Origin: Candidatus Krumholzibacteriia bacterium
GTDB lineage: Bacteria; Krumholzibacteriota; Krumholzibacteriia; LZORAL124-64-63
Assembly (NCBI GenBank): GCA_942492615.1
Contig: CALOFL010000004.1
Location: 4,847-68,846, forward strand
Length of the DNA: 64,000 nucleotides
Direction of reading: 5' to 3'
Under the pieces are notes generated by a model. That model was given only the letters and a program-made list of their open reading frames with translations, searched no databases and was not told where the DNA came from. The position numbers and the translations under genes are program-made. The stretch's first letter is position 1; every line of letters begins with the position of its first letter. Below are positions 40,454 through 51,655 of the stretch, in pieces.

Positions 40454-43400
40454 ATGGAAACGCAAGACGAAGCGTGCGCTCAGCCCGCAGGGTTGTTGCA
40501 CGCCTCACTGGTCGACCATGTGGCCGGCGAGGGCCTGTTCCAGGCCGTGGCAGAGGTGGAGTCCGCCCTGCGCGAGGCCCGTGACGGGCCTTTTCTCGTA
40601 GCGGGTCTGCACGGCGGCAGCCGTGCGCTCATGCTGGCGGGCTGGCTGACCGCCAATGGGCGCACCGGCCTGGTGGTGACGCCGGACCGGGAATCGGCCG
40701 ATCGCATGGCCGACGATCTGGAGACCTGGCTGGGGCCCGAACGCGTGGTCCATCTGCCCCAGCAGGAAGTGATGGCCTTCGACCACAATTCGCCCGAACC
40801 GGGCATGGTCGGCGAGTTCATCCAGGGCCTGGAAAGGCTCCAGGACGGGGGCTCCTTCCTGGTCGTCACTTCGGCCTACGGCCTGCGTCAGCGGGTCATC
40901 GCTCCGGGAACCCTCGAACGGGGTCTCACCCGCCTGAAAACCGGTCAGCGGATCGAGATGGACGATCTCTGCCTGCGGCTGTCGGCGTGCGGCTACCGGC
41001 CGGCAGGTATGGTGGCCCAGGTCGGGGACTATGCACGCCGCGGGGGGCTCCTGGACGTGTTCACCCCCGGCGACGAACCGCTGCGCATCGAGTTTTTCGA
41101 CGACGAGATCGTGTCGATCCGCAAATTCAACGTGGAAACCCAGCGTACCACCGAGCGCGGGCTGGAGGCGTTGCTCCTGCCGGTCAGCCACCTGCTGCTC
41201 GACGACGACGCGATCCTGACCTGCCTGGGACGGGTGGAGAAGGAACTGGCGGCCGCCGGCGTTCCGGCGGACGGCGACCTGCTCGAGGATCTGCAGGCCC
41301 GCCTGGAGGACCGCCTGGCCGACAACGGGCTGGAGTCCTATCTGCCCTGGCTCGGGGCGAGCGCCACCGTGGCGGACTATCTGCCCGACGGCACGACGGT
41401 CTTCTGGACGGATCCCGTGCGCCTGAAGGACCAGTCGGAACTCCTGGATTCGGAATTGCCCCGGCTGCGCGGGAACCGCCTGGAGCGGGACCTGGTTTTG
41501 CCGGGGATCGCGGAGCTGGTCGAACCGGCGGCGCGTCTGGCCTATCCCCGGCTGAGCCATGTTTTCCTGACCGGATCGTGGATCAAGGGCGATCCCGAAG
41601 GCCGCTGGCTGGGCCTCGAACCGGCGGCCTCAATCGAGTTCCAGACCACGGGGCAGAAGCTGCGCGGCGGAGACATCGCCGGTCTGCGGGACGAGTTGAG
41701 GAAATGGGAACAGGGAGGCGGCACCGCGCTTCTGTTGTGCGACAACAAGGGGCAGGCCGACCGTCTGGCCGACCTGCTCGACGAAGACGCGGCGGATCCG
41801 GTACCGACGCGCCCCCGGGTGGGTACGTTGGCCGGCGGATTCGTCTGGCCGGCTGCGGGACTGCTGTGCCTGACGGACCACGAGTTCTTCGAACGGTACC
41901 GGCGGCCGACCCGGACCCGCCACCGCAGCAGCGGTCTGGTCAAGGAGCGGGCCTCGCTGCAGCCCGGCGAATACGTGGTGCACCTCGAATACGGCATCGG
42001 TCACTACAAGGGTCTGCGCGTCATCACCGTCGAGGGCGTCGACCGGGAATGCCTGCTGGTCGAATACGCCGACGAAGGCAAGGTCTACGTGCCGGTCGAG
42101 AACATCGACCAGGTGGAACGTTACAGCAGCGATCAGGGCGCCAACCCGGCCCTGGCCCGCTTGGGCTCCGGCAGCTGGCTCAAGGTCAAAGGGAAGGCGC
42201 GCAAGGCCATCCAGGCCATGGCCGCCGAGCTGCTGGAACTCTACGCCACCCGCAAGGCCCGGCCGGGATACGCGTTCCCTGCCGATGTGCCCATGCAGAA
42301 GGCCCTCGAAGATTCATTCCTGTACGACGAGACCCCCGACCAGCTGACCGCGATCACCGATACGAAACGCGACATGGAGCATCCCGAGCCCATGGACCGC
42401 CTGATCTGCGGTGACGTGGGCTTCGGCAAGACGGAGGTTGCCATCCGGGCGGCCTTCAAGGCGGTGACGGCCGGGAAACAGGTGGCCGTGCTGTGCCCGA
42501 CCACCCTGCTGACCCAGCAGCACGGCGAAACGTTCGGCGAACGTTTTCGCGATTTCCCCGTGCGCGTGGAGACCCTCAGCCGGTTCCGCAATCCCGCCGA
42601 ACAGAAGGCGATCCTGGCCCGGTGCGCCGCGGGCGGCGTCGACGTTCTGGTCGGCACCCACCGGCTGCTCTCGCGCGACGTCCGGTTCAAGGACCTGGGT
42701 CTGCTGGTGGTCGATGAGGAACAGCGATTCGGCGTGCGGCACAAGGAGCGGATCAAGGAACTCAAGCGCCAGGTGGACGTGATGACCCTGAGCGCCACGC
42801 CGATCCCGCGGACCCTCTATCTGGCCCTGATGGGGGCCCGGGACATGTCGCTGATCAACACTCCGCCGCGCGACCGCCAGCCCATCCACACCGAACTGAG
42901 CACGTTCAACAGCCAGACCCTGGTCGAGGCCATCCTGCGCGAACTGCATCGGGGCGGACAGGTCTTCTTCGTGCACAACCGGGTCCAGACCATCGAGGGG
43001 ACCGCCCAGCTCATCCGCAAGCTGCTGCCCAACGTGAGGGTGGCCTGGGCGCACGGCCAGATGAAAGAGGAGAAGCTGGAGACGATCATGACCGAGTTCC
43101 TGAACCAGGAATTCGATGTCCTGGTTGCCACGGCGATCATCGAGTCCGGCCTGGACATGCCGCGGGTCAACACCATCATCATCGATCGGGCCGACCGCTT
43201 CGGTCTGGCGCAGCTCTACCAGCTGCGTGGACGCGTGGGCCGCAGCAATCACCGGGCGTTCGCCTACCTCATGACTCCGCCCGGCGAGAAGCTGACCCCG
43301 GAGGCGCGCCGGCGGTTGGCGGCCCTGGAAGAATTCCAGGCCCTCGGGTCGGGCTACCACATCGCCATGCGGGATCTGGAGATCCGGGGGGCCGGCAATC

Positions 43401-43960
43401 TCCTGGGGGACCGCCAGCACGGGCACATGGAGGCGATCGGTTTCGATCTCTATTGCCGCCTGCTCGAGGAAACCGTGGCGGAACTCCAGGGCGGCGGCGG
43501 TGTTGCACCTCTGGACGTGAAAACTGAGTTTCGGCTATCGTCTTATTTACCAGACGATTATGTCGGCGACCCGCAGCAGAAGCTGGATCTCTACCGGCGC
43601 GTGGCCCGCATCCGCCGCGTGCGCGGCTGTGATCTCCTGGCCGAGGAATTCAAGGACCGGTACGGTCCGCTGCCCGGGCCGGTCAAGAATCTGCTGGCCA
43701 TCCAGAGCCTGCGGATCCGTGCCGGCGCCCAGGGAATCGAGGAGATCAAGGGCGGGCGCCTGGGCCTGGAATTCTTTTTCGCTGGCGGACAGGAACCGCC
43801 GCCAACTATAATTCAGGGCTTGATGGAATCAGGTCCCAAGGGTCTTCAATTCAAGGCCGTCGATCAATTTATCATGAAAGTACCCGCGTCCAGAGAGGAT
43901 CATCTGGTCGTGGCGTCAGTCATGCTCGACCGTTTGGCCGAGCTGCGTGACAAGGAGTGA
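40454..43960 (+). CDS. mfd: transcription-repair coupling factor
   Basis: 1168 aa; UvrB-homology N-terminus, RNAP-interacting domain, SF2 helicase motifs (GDVGFGKTEVA, DEEQRFG, QLRGRVGR). Confidence 0.9.
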   Translation: METQDEACAQPAGLLHASLVDHVAGEGLFQAVAEVESALREARDGPFLVAGLHGGSRALMLAGWLTANGRTGLVVTPDRESADRMADDLETWLGPERVVHLPQQEVMAFDHNSPEPGMVGEFIQGLERLQDGGSFLVVTSAYGLRQRVIAPGTLERGLTRLKTGQRIEMDDLCLRLSACGYRPAGMVAQVGDYARRGGLLDVFTPGDEPLRIEFFDDEIVSIRKFNVETQRTTERGLEALLLPVSHLLLDDDAILTCLGRVEKELAAAGVPADGDLLEDLQARLEDRLADNGLESYLPWLGASATVADYLPDGTTVFWTDPVRLKDQSELLDSELPRLRGNRLERDLVLPGIAELVEPAARLAYPRLSHVFLTGSWIKGDPEGRWLGLEPAASIEFQTTGQKLRGGDIAGLRDELRKWEQGGGTALLLCDNKGQADRLADLLDEDAADPVPTRPRVGTLAGGFVWPAAGLLCLTDHEFFERYRRPTRTRHRSSGLVKERASLQPGEYVVHLEYGIGHYKGLRVITVEGVDRECLLVEYADEGKVYVPVENIDQVERYSSDQGANPALARLGSGSWLKVKGKARKAIQAMAAELLELYATRKARPGYAFPADVPMQKALEDSFLYDETPDQLTAITDTKRDMEHPEPMDRLICGDVGFGKTEVAIRAAFKAVTAGKQVAVLCPTTLLTQQHGETFGERFRDFPVRVETLSRFRNPAEQKAILARCAAGGVDVLVGTHRLLSRDVRFKDLGLLVVDEEQRFGVRHKERIKELKRQVDVMTLSATPIPRTLYLALMGARDMSLINTPPRDRQPIHTELSTFNSQTLVEAILRELHRGGQVFFVHNRVQTIEGTAQLIRKLLPNVRVAWAHGQMKEEKLETIMTEFLNQEFDVLVATAIIESGLDMPRVNTIIIDRADRFGLAQLYQLRGRVGRSNHRAFAYLMTPPGEKLTPEARRRLAALEEFQALGSGYHIAMRDLEIRGAGNLLGDRQHGHMEAIGFDLYCRLLEETVAELQGGGGVAPLDVKTEFRLSSYLPDDYVGDPQQKLDLYRRVARIRRVRGCDLLAEEFKDRYGPLPGPVKNLLAIQSLRIRAGAQGIEEIKGGRLGLEFFFAGGQEPPPTIIQGLMESGPKGLQFKAVDQFIMKVPASREDHLVVASVMLDRLAELRDKE

Positions 43961-45806
43961 GCATGTCCCCGATCAATCCCCTGACAGTTGCCGGTTTTTC
44001 CCCGCGGAAATCCGCCTCGCGGCTGCCGATCCTTCTGCCCGTCGTCCTCATCCTGTTGACCGCCCTGGCCGGATGCGGCAGTGGCGACGACGACAAGAGC
44101 GAGATCGTGCTGGCGACCGTCGGCGCGAATGAAATCAAGGCCGACTACTACGAAACCGACTGGTGAAGCTGACCGAGGCCGAACTTCCCCGCGCGGACGA
44201 CGGGACGCCGCTGGACATGGCCGCCCGCGAAGGCAAGCGTGAGTTCCTGGACACGCTGATCAAGAAGGAGATCATGGTCCAGACCGCCGCGAACATGGGG
44301 TACCTCAACGATCCGGCCATCAGCCAGGCGAAAGAATCGCTGCTGGCCTACGAAGGTGGTCTGGAGATGTGGAACCGGGTCGTCCAGGAACCCGCCAATA
44401 CGATCACCGAAGAGGAACTGCAGACCTTCTACGCCAAGATGGGCTCGTCCCGGCGCTGCTTCTACGTGATCACGAACTTCATCGAGGACGCCGAAGAGGC
44501 CCGCCAGGCAGCGCTGGACGGCATGGACTGGGAGGAAGTGGTGCTGAAGTTCCACGACGGCCAGGTCCCGCCCGACGGATCGTTCGAAATCACCGTTCCC
44601 TTCGGCCGGTACAAACCCGACTACGAAGACGGCGTCTTCAACACCGAAATCGGGGGCATCACCCCGCCGCTCAAGACCGTTTACGGATACTGGGTGCTGA
44701 AAGTCATCGAGGAAAAGCCGGGCAAGAAGCCGCCCCTGGAGGAGGCCAAGGCCCAGATCCTGGACGTCACGCGCTCACGCAAGACTTCCTACCGGCGCGA
44801 CGAGTATGCCGCCCAGATCCGCGACAAGTTCCAGTTCACCTTGAACGAAACCGCCCTCTACAAGGCCTACGAAGGGCTGCCGGCCGACGAGTCCCTCTTT
44901 CTGGAGGGTACGCAGACCCCGGTGCCCAAGGAGGATCTGCAGCCGCTGAATATCGCGCCTGAGGATCTGGACATTCCCTTCTACAGCTTCATGGGTCCGG
45001 ACGGTCTCGAAGAGTCCACCCTGGGTGACTACAAGGCCATCTTCGACCGGATGAGTGTGTTCCAGCGGCCCAAGCGTTCCGAGTTGATGGGCGGCATGGG
45101 CGCCAAGATCACCGCCGAGCTCGACCGGACCATCTTCTTCCTCGAAGCCAAGGAAATGGGCATCCTGGATGAACCGGTCGTGAAGGACAAGGTGGATATC
45201 AAGATCGAGGAGATGATGCTCAACAAGCTGTATTCGGATGCCGTGGTCTTCGACAAGTCGATCACGCCGCCGCAGCTCGACGAGTACTGGGCCGCTCACG
45301 CCAGTGAGTACAACCACCCCGAAACCCGCAGCGGCCGGCTGGCGATTTGCCTCAACGAAGAGCAGGCCGAAAAGGCCCGGGCCGCCGCGTTGGCCGGAAC
45401 GTCCTGGAACGACATCCTGCTGCAGTACGGCTCGGACAAGGAAAACAAGGCCCGCGCGGGCAAGCTCGACAAGGTCGCCAAGTCCGTCGATCCGGCGGTC
45501 ACGCAGCCGATGTTCAGCCTCGAAATCGGGCAGGTCAGTGAACCTTTCGCGATGAGGGACGGCAAGTTCGGCATCGTCATGCTCGAGGAAGTCAACGCGA
45601 GCCGGCCCGCCGAACTGTCCGAGGTCCGGGAACGGATCGGCAACACCATCAGGTCGCAGCGCAAGGAAGCGGCGTTCGAGGCCCTGCTGGACAAGTGGAG
45701 CGAAGGCCTGGAAATCGTCCGCTTCGAGGAGAATCTCGACAAGGTGGCGTCCTGGCAGGAACTGACGGCCGTCGAGGTGCCCGAGAATCTCGTGCCCCGC
45801 AACTAG
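43957..45806 (+). CDS. lipoprotein peptidyl-prolyl isomerase (PrsA/SurA-like, parvulin), one frameshift near 44150
   Basis: lipobox LTALAGCGS; N-terminal 69 aa end at TGA but continue in the +1 frame (…YYET|RLVKLTEAELP…); parvulin-like segments (GYWVLKV, GKFGIVMLE). Confidence 0.55.
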
Positions 45807-45819
45807 GAAAGAAACGGAG

Positions 45820-47193
45820 ATGCTCCTGATGACCACGCACCGGCATGATCCCGGATTCCGGCCCCACCCGGTGGGGCCGCAGCGGCGCGTGCACCTGCTG
45901 GGAGCGGCCGGCCTGGCGCTGCTCATCCTGATCGCCGGCGCGGCATTCGGCCAGGGGGGCGGCCCCCGCCTGGTGGACCGGATCGTGGCGATCGTCGACG
46001 AGGAGGCGATCCTGCAGAGCGATCTGGATCGCGAGGTAGAACTCTACCGTCTCGAGAAAGAGTACGCCGGTGACACCACGGATGCCGATCCGGCCGCGGT
46101 CAGGCGGGAGATGCTCGAGCGTCTGGTCGAGAGCAAGCTGATCATTGCCGCGGCCAAGCAGAACGATCTGACGGTCGACGAGGAAGCGATCGAAGAAAGC
46201 GTCAAGGCCAAGATCGACCAGTTCGTGGAGCATTTCGGATCGATGGAAAAGCTCCAGGAGGAACTCAACCGCAGCGGCATGACCCTGGGCGACTACAAGG
46301 CCCGGATGTCGAACCAGTTGCGCGACCAGCAGTACCTGCGCCTGGTGGTGGGCAAGTTCATCCGTCCGGACATCGAGGTCCTGGAAAACGAGGTGCGCGA
46401 CTACTACCTGGCGAACCTGGACGATATGCCGTCGGAGCCGGACAGCCTGACGATTTCGAATATCCTGGTGCCGGTGCGGCCGTCGGACGATGTGCGGCGG
46501 CGAGTGCAGGCGGAAGTCGCGCAGATCCGGAAGGAGCTGGCCGGCGGCCGGGCCTTCGACGAGGTGGCTCGCGAGTTCTCCAAGGGACCCAACGCGCAGC
46601 GCGGGGGCATCGTGGGGGTCGTCGCACCCGGTGATCTGTTCGACCAGGTGCTGGACCGGGCGGTCTTCGCCCTGTCCGTGGCCCAGATCAGCGATCCGGT
46701 CGTCAGCTCCCGCGGGGTGCATCTGATCCGGCTGGACGCCATCCAGGACGACGGCCGGCGGGCGATCAGCCAGATCTTCCTGCCGATCGAGGTGACCGAA
46801 GACGACGTGACGGCTGCCCGCAATGAGATCGAACGCGCCCGGGCCCGTGTCCTTTCGGGCGAGCCCTTCGCCCGGGTGGCCGAGGACATGAGCGGCGACA
46901 CGGCCTCGGCCCGCAACGGCGGCCTGCTCGGGACGTTCCGTCTCGAGGACCTGTCGACCCAGTTCCAGGAAGCGTTGAAGGACAGCCAGGTCGGTGCCGT
47001 CACCGAGCCGGTGTTGACGCCGGCGGGCTGGTACATCTTCCGGGTCGAGGAGCGCACCACCGGCCACATGTACACCTACGACGAACTCAAGGACCAGCTC
47101 AGGCAGATGGTCGAAGCGAAGAAGATCGAAGAAGCCCTGGCCGATTACGTCAAGGGTTTGCGGTCGGAGTTCTTCATCGACGAGAAGAGCTGA
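45820..47193 (+). CDS. SurA-family periplasmic chaperone / peptidyl-prolyl isomerase
   Basis: signal peptide; SurA N-domain (RIVAIVDEEAILQSDLDREVE); two parvulin domains (RGVHLIRLD, PAGWYIFRVEER). Confidence 0.65.
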   Translation: MLLMTTHRHDPGFRPHPVGPQRRVHLLGAAGLALLILIAGAAFGQGGGPRLVDRIVAIVDEEAILQSDLDREVELYRLEKEYAGDTTDADPAAVRREMLERLVESKLIIAAAKQNDLTVDEEAIEESVKAKIDQFVEHFGSMEKLQEELNRSGMTLGDYKARMSNQLRDQQYLRLVVGKFIRPDIEVLENEVRDYYLANLDDMPSEPDSLTISNILVPVRPSDDVRRRVQAEVAQIRKELAGGRAFDEVAREFSKGPNAQRGGIVGVVAPGDLFDQVLDRAVFALSVAQISDPVVSSRGVHLIRLDAIQDDGRRAISQIFLPIEVTEDDVTAARNEIERARARVLSGEPFARVAEDMSGDTASARNGGLLGTFRLEDLSTQFQEALKDSQVGAVTEPVLTPAGWYIFRVEERTTGHMYTYDELKDQLRQMVEAKKIEEALADYVKGLRSEFFIDEKS

Positions 47194-47228
47194 CCCTTCG
47201 GCATCGTTCCCTGAACCAGCGCAACTCC

Positions 47229-47262
47229 GAAGCCGCGGCAGCAGTCCGCGGCTTCGCTTTTT
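47229..47262 (+). terminator. rho-independent terminator after the SurA-family gene
   Basis: GAAGCCGCGG-CAGCAGT-CCGCGGCTTC followed by GCTTTTT. Confidence 0.5.
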
Positions 47263-47459
47263 CGAGCCGCCCGCGGCTGCGGGTCCGCCGCCGCTGCGCA
47301 GGCGGCGCGGCTCCTTCCGGAATTGTCTCCGACCGGCACAGATCGTGCAATTGCACCGCGTGAAGGTGCCCGAATTCCGTACAGGAGGGGCCCTGCGGGC
47401 TGGCCCGAACCGGTGCCGGCCGGCACGCGACGACTCTAAGTGGCGGTTCCACAGCGATT

Positions 47460-48298
47460 TTGGAGGCGGCTTTGAAGACAGACAACCCGCTGGACACGAA
47501 TTACGACGATGGTCCCCTGGAGACCAGGGGGGTGATCGGTTTCTACCACGTGGACCTGCAGTACAAGGACCAGAAGGCGCTCAGCAATGTCAGTTTCACG
47601 GTCGCCAACGGCGAGTTCCTCTGCCTGACCGGGCCCAGCGGCGCCGGCAAGAGCAGCATCCTGCGCCTGATCGCCATGGACGCCTTCCCCACCAAGGGCG
47701 AGGTCATGGTGCGCGGCATGATGTCGTCCAGGATGAGCCGCCGCAAGGTTCCCGTCCTGCGCCGCGAAATCGGTTTCGTGTTCCAGGATTTCCGTTTGCT
47801 TGACGACCGCAGCGTCGAGGACAACGTCGCGTTCGCCCAGCTGGTTGTGGGCGTTCCGCGCGGGCAGATCGTCAAGAACATCATGCGGGTCCTGACCCAG
47901 GTCGGTTTGTACGACAAGCGCCACCGCATGCCCCGCCAGCTCAGCGGCGGCGAGCAGCAGCGGGTGGCCATCGCCCGGGCCATGGTCAACAGTCCCAAGA
48001 TCCTGCTGGCCGACGAACCGACCGGCAATCTCGATCCGGTGACCGCCCAGGAGATCATCGACCTGCTGTTCCGCATCAACGACGGCGGGCACCTGCGTGG
48101 TGTTCAGCACCCACGATCACCAGATCGTCAAGTCCTTCGGCCAACGGGTCATCGTGATCAACGAACGGCCGGATCGTCTCGGACGACAAACGCCGCGCGC
48201 CCGTGGACCGCACCGCCAGCCTGGCCGACAAGATGTACCGCGCCGGCGATCCCCGACCGCGCCGGACCGCGTCCAGCAGGAGGCCAGTCCATGCTTAA
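47460..48298 (+). CDS. ftsE: cell-division ABC ATPase FtsE, with two frameshifts near its 3' end
   Basis: Walker [13 protein letters not shown] signature [14 protein letters not shown], Walker [13 protein letters not shown]; the tail [23 protein letters not shown] is in another frame (~48095) and a further single-nt shift lies at ~48169; the stop overlaps the ftsX start. Confidence 0.75.
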
Positions 48299-49180
48299 CC
48301 GCGCCCAGACCGCCTACCTGATCCGGGAGTCCTTCGCGGGCTTCCACCGGCGCAAGCTGACCACCGGTGTCACCATTCTGATCATGGGCTCGTCCCTGCT
48401 GGTCCTGGCGGTGCTGACCCTGGCCACCCTGAACCTGGGCCACCTGCTGGATAGCGCCCGCAGCGGCATCGATATGCGGGTCTTCCTGCGCCGACGGACT
48501 CGATTCCGAGCAGATGGCCGCCCTGCAGCCCCGCCTGGTGGTCATTCCCGGCGTCCAGGAGGTGGACCTGGATCTCGCCGGAGATGGCCTGGCACGAGTT
48601 CCGGGCCAGCCTGGGCGAGGACGCGGGCATCCTGGAACTGCTGGACGCCGAATCCGCTGCCGGCCTCCTACCACCTGACCCTGACGCCGGAGGCCCGCAA
48701 CCTGAAGGCGGTGCGGGCCATCCACGGCCGAGATCGCCGCCTGGGACGAAGTCGCCGAGATCCTGTTCAACCAGGAGCTGGATCGATGCCCTGGAGCAAT
48801 GGACCTTCCGTTTCCAGATGGCCAGCCTGGTCGTCGGCCTGATCGTTTTCGTCGCCGCGGTTTTCGTGATCTCCAACACCGTCAAGCTGACCATGGCCGC
48901 CAGCGCGCGGGTCATCCAGATCCAGAAACTGGTGGGGGCCACCAACGCCTTCATCCGCACGCCGTATCTGGCCGAGGGCATGATCCAGGGCCTCCTGGCC
49001 GGGGCGCTGGCCATGGGCCTGCTGGCCCTGGCCGGCTGGTTCCTCGGTGACCGCCTGGGCGGCGTGATTTTTTTTCGCTCCGGGCAGATCGCCGGCTTCA
49101 TCGTCTTCTGTGTGCTGCTGGGCCTGGTCGGCAGCTGGTCGGCCATGCGCAAGTACCTGACCATGCAAAGCGAGATGTGA
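48292..49180 (+). CDS. ftsX: cell-division permease FtsX, fragmented by several frameshifts
   Basis: N-terminus [41 protein letters not shown]; C-terminal TM bundle (…FVISNTVKLTMAASARVIQIQKLVGAT…) in ORF 48584..49180; the middle pieces lie in other frames. Confidence 0.6.
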
Positions 49181-50381
49181 TGAAACGCGTCGCCATCCGA
49201 TGTTCCTGGCCCTGCTGGCCTGGTGCTGCTCCTGCTGGTCGGCGTGGGCCGGCCGGTTCGCGGCCAGGACGACGACCTGCTGCCGAAGAGCGATCCGCGA
49301 GAACACCGGCGAACTGGAACGTCTGCGCGGAGAGATCAAGAGCCATCGCGAGCGCATGGGCAGCCTGGACAGCGAAGAGGCCGAAGTGCGGCGGAGCCAC
49401 GAGGACATCCAGAAGGAAATCGAGCTGACCCACCAGCTGCTGGGCGAGATGGTCCAGCGGGAACTGATCCTCAGCCAGCAGAGCGAGCTGCTGGAGAAGG
49501 AACTGGCGGTCAGCATCAAGCACTACCAGGCCCGGCGTGAGGCACTGGCCCGCGGGCTGCGGAACGATGTACCTCAAACAGCAACGCACCGATCTGGAAA
49601 TGGTCCTGACGGCCGACAGCTTCACCGAGCTGGTGAGCCGGGCCAAGGTGGGCCGGATGCTCGCCCGCCTCGAGGCCGGCCTGCTCGAGGACGTGCGTTC
49701 CCAGGGCGCCGCCATCCACAAGGAACAGCGCATGCTGAACGCGGCTCTAGCCGAAATCTGGGAAACCAGGGAGGAAAAGACGCGCGAGAACGACCGCCTG
49801 GAAATGCTCATGGCCGAACAGATGGGAGCGCTGCGGGATCTCGAAACCGAGCGCAAGGAGATCAAGAGCAAGCTGGTCCAGCTGGGGCTCAACGAACAGA
49901 AACTGGCCTATATCCTCTCGGATCTCGAACAGCAGCGGGTCGAGCGGGACGCCCGGCAGGAGGCCGGTTCGGCCCCGATCGCGGGCTTGGCCGGACAGAT
50001 GGAATGGCCCGTCCGGGGCGAGCTGCTGCGCGGATTCGGCCGTTCGGTCCATCCCCGCTTCAAGACCGTCACCTTGAACAACGGCTACAATATCGCCGCC
50101 CCGGTGGGCAGCCCGGTGGCCGCGGTCGCCGACGGCACGGTGGAATTCAGCGATGATTTGCCCGGTTTCGGCCAATGCGTTATCCTTGACCACGGAGCGG
50201 GTTACTATACGCTCTACGCCTATCTCGAGCGGGTCTTCGTGGCCAAGGGTGAAGAGATCGCCCGCGGCCAGGTTGTCGCCGAGGTCGGCCGTCCTTCCGG
50301 GGAGACGACCCCCAACTGTATTTCGAGGTGCGGCAGGGCCGCACACCCCTGGATCCCGCCGACTGGCTCCGGTCCCGCTGA
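49180..50381 (+). CDS. envC: EnvC-like murein hydrolase activator (coiled coil + LytM/M23 domain), frameshifted
   Basis: ATG overlaps the ftsX stop; coiled-coil (ELERLRGEIKSHRERMGSLD…); M23 core (GYNIAAPVGSPVAAVADGTVEFS…GFGQCVILDHGAGYYTLYAYL); frame changes near 49200-49300, ~49565 and ~50320. Confidence 0.55.
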
Positions 50382-50446
50382 GCGGCCGCGGACGGCCCGC
50401 GGAATCCGGCGGTGGCGTCCCGCTTCAGCAACGGACAGGGAGCTTC

Positions 50447-51655
50447 AACTTGGGCAGGCACGCTTTCCTCGGCCGTCCGGCCGTCCTCGAAAAGCTGCAA
50501 CTGGCCGCCCGCGCCGGCAGGCTGGGACAACCGTTCCTGCTGGTGGGCCCGGAGGGCTCGGGCAAGGAGAACACCGCGCTCGAATTCGCCCGCCTCTTGA
50601 ACTGCGCCGATCCCGCGGCGTGCCGACCCGACCACCTCTGCGAAAGCTGCGTCAAGGCGCTGAGTTTCCAGCATCCGGATATCCGCTGGATCGGACCGGC
50701 GCCCGCTTCGATGACCGAGGACGGCGTGCGTGCCCTGCTCGAGCACAAGATTGCCCAGCCGTTCTATCAGGACCCCGCCGCGGCGACCGCCCGGGTCCGT
50801 ATCGGGGATCCGGAGAACCCCGAACCGATGACCATCCGCTGGCTGATCCATTTCCTGCGCCGGCGCGCGTTTCAGGGCACCTACAAGGTGGCGGTGATCG
50901 CCGACGCCCACCGCCTGAACACCGCGGCGGCCAACGCCTTTCTCAAGACCCTCGAGGAACCGCCGCCGGCCACGGTCATCTTCCTGCTGACGACCGGCAC
51001 CGAAGGCATGCTGCCGACCATCCTGTCGCGCTGCCGGAAGATGCGCTTCGAGCCCTGGTCCGAGGACGAACTCACCGGTCTGCTGATGGAAATCGGCGGC
51101 GCCGACGAACAGGAGGCCCGCCAGACAGCCCGGGCCGCCGACGGGAACGCGCGGCGGGGGCTGGCCCTCCTGTCCGCAGAGGCCGGGGCCGTCATGGCTT
51201 GGGCCGGCCGGCTCCACGGTTGGATCCATGACCGCGACCGCGCCCGGGCCGGCATTGCCGCCGACGAGCTCCATGCCGGCAGGATGTCCCATGCCTGCCT
51301 GCCCGCCGGCGCCTCCGCCAAGGCTTTCGACGCCAAGGAACCGGCGCTGCGCCGGGATCGCGCCATCCAGCTATGCGAATTGCTCAACCTGCTCTACAGT
51401 GACACGGTCAACTGCCGGGAACAGGGTGAGGCCTGGCGGCCCCGCCTGCTGGGTTTCGCCGACCAGGTCCAGGCGGCCGCCGGCCGCCGGCGAACCGAAA
51501 CCCTGCTGACGGACATGGCGGCCATCGACACGTCCCGCAGGGAAATCGACAGCAACATCAACATCGGCCTGGCCATGGCCGTGTTGTTCGAAGGACTGAT
51601 AGATCATGCCGAAATCGACCAGGCCACCGGGATATCCCGGACGGAGTCAGCCTGA
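50447..51655 (+). CDS. holB: DNA polymerase III delta-prime subunit
   Basis: AAA+ clamp-loader motifs (GPEGSGKENTALEFARLLNC; zinc module CxxC…CxxC; SRC motif LSRCRKMRF); start codon uncertain (TTG/CTG region ~50447). Confidence 0.7.
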   Translation, partial: NLGRHAFLGRPAVLEKLQLAARAGRLGQPFLLVGPEGSGKENTALEFARLLNCADPAACRPDHLCESCVKALSFQHPDIRWIGPAPASMTEDGVRALLEHKIAQPFYQDPAAATARVRIGDPENPEPMTIRWLIHFLRRRAFQGTYKVAVIADAHRLNTAAANAFLKTLEEPPPATVIFLLTTGTEGMLPTILSRCRKMRFEPWSEDELTGLLMEIGGADEQEARQTARAADGNARRGLALLSAEAGAVMAWAGRLHGWIHDRDRARAGIAADELHAGRMSHACLPAGASAKAFDAKEPALRRDRAIQLCELLNLLYSDTVNCREQGEAWRPRLLGFADQVQAAAGRRRTETLLTDMAAIDTSRREIDSNINIGLAMAVLFEGLIDHAEIDQATGISRTESA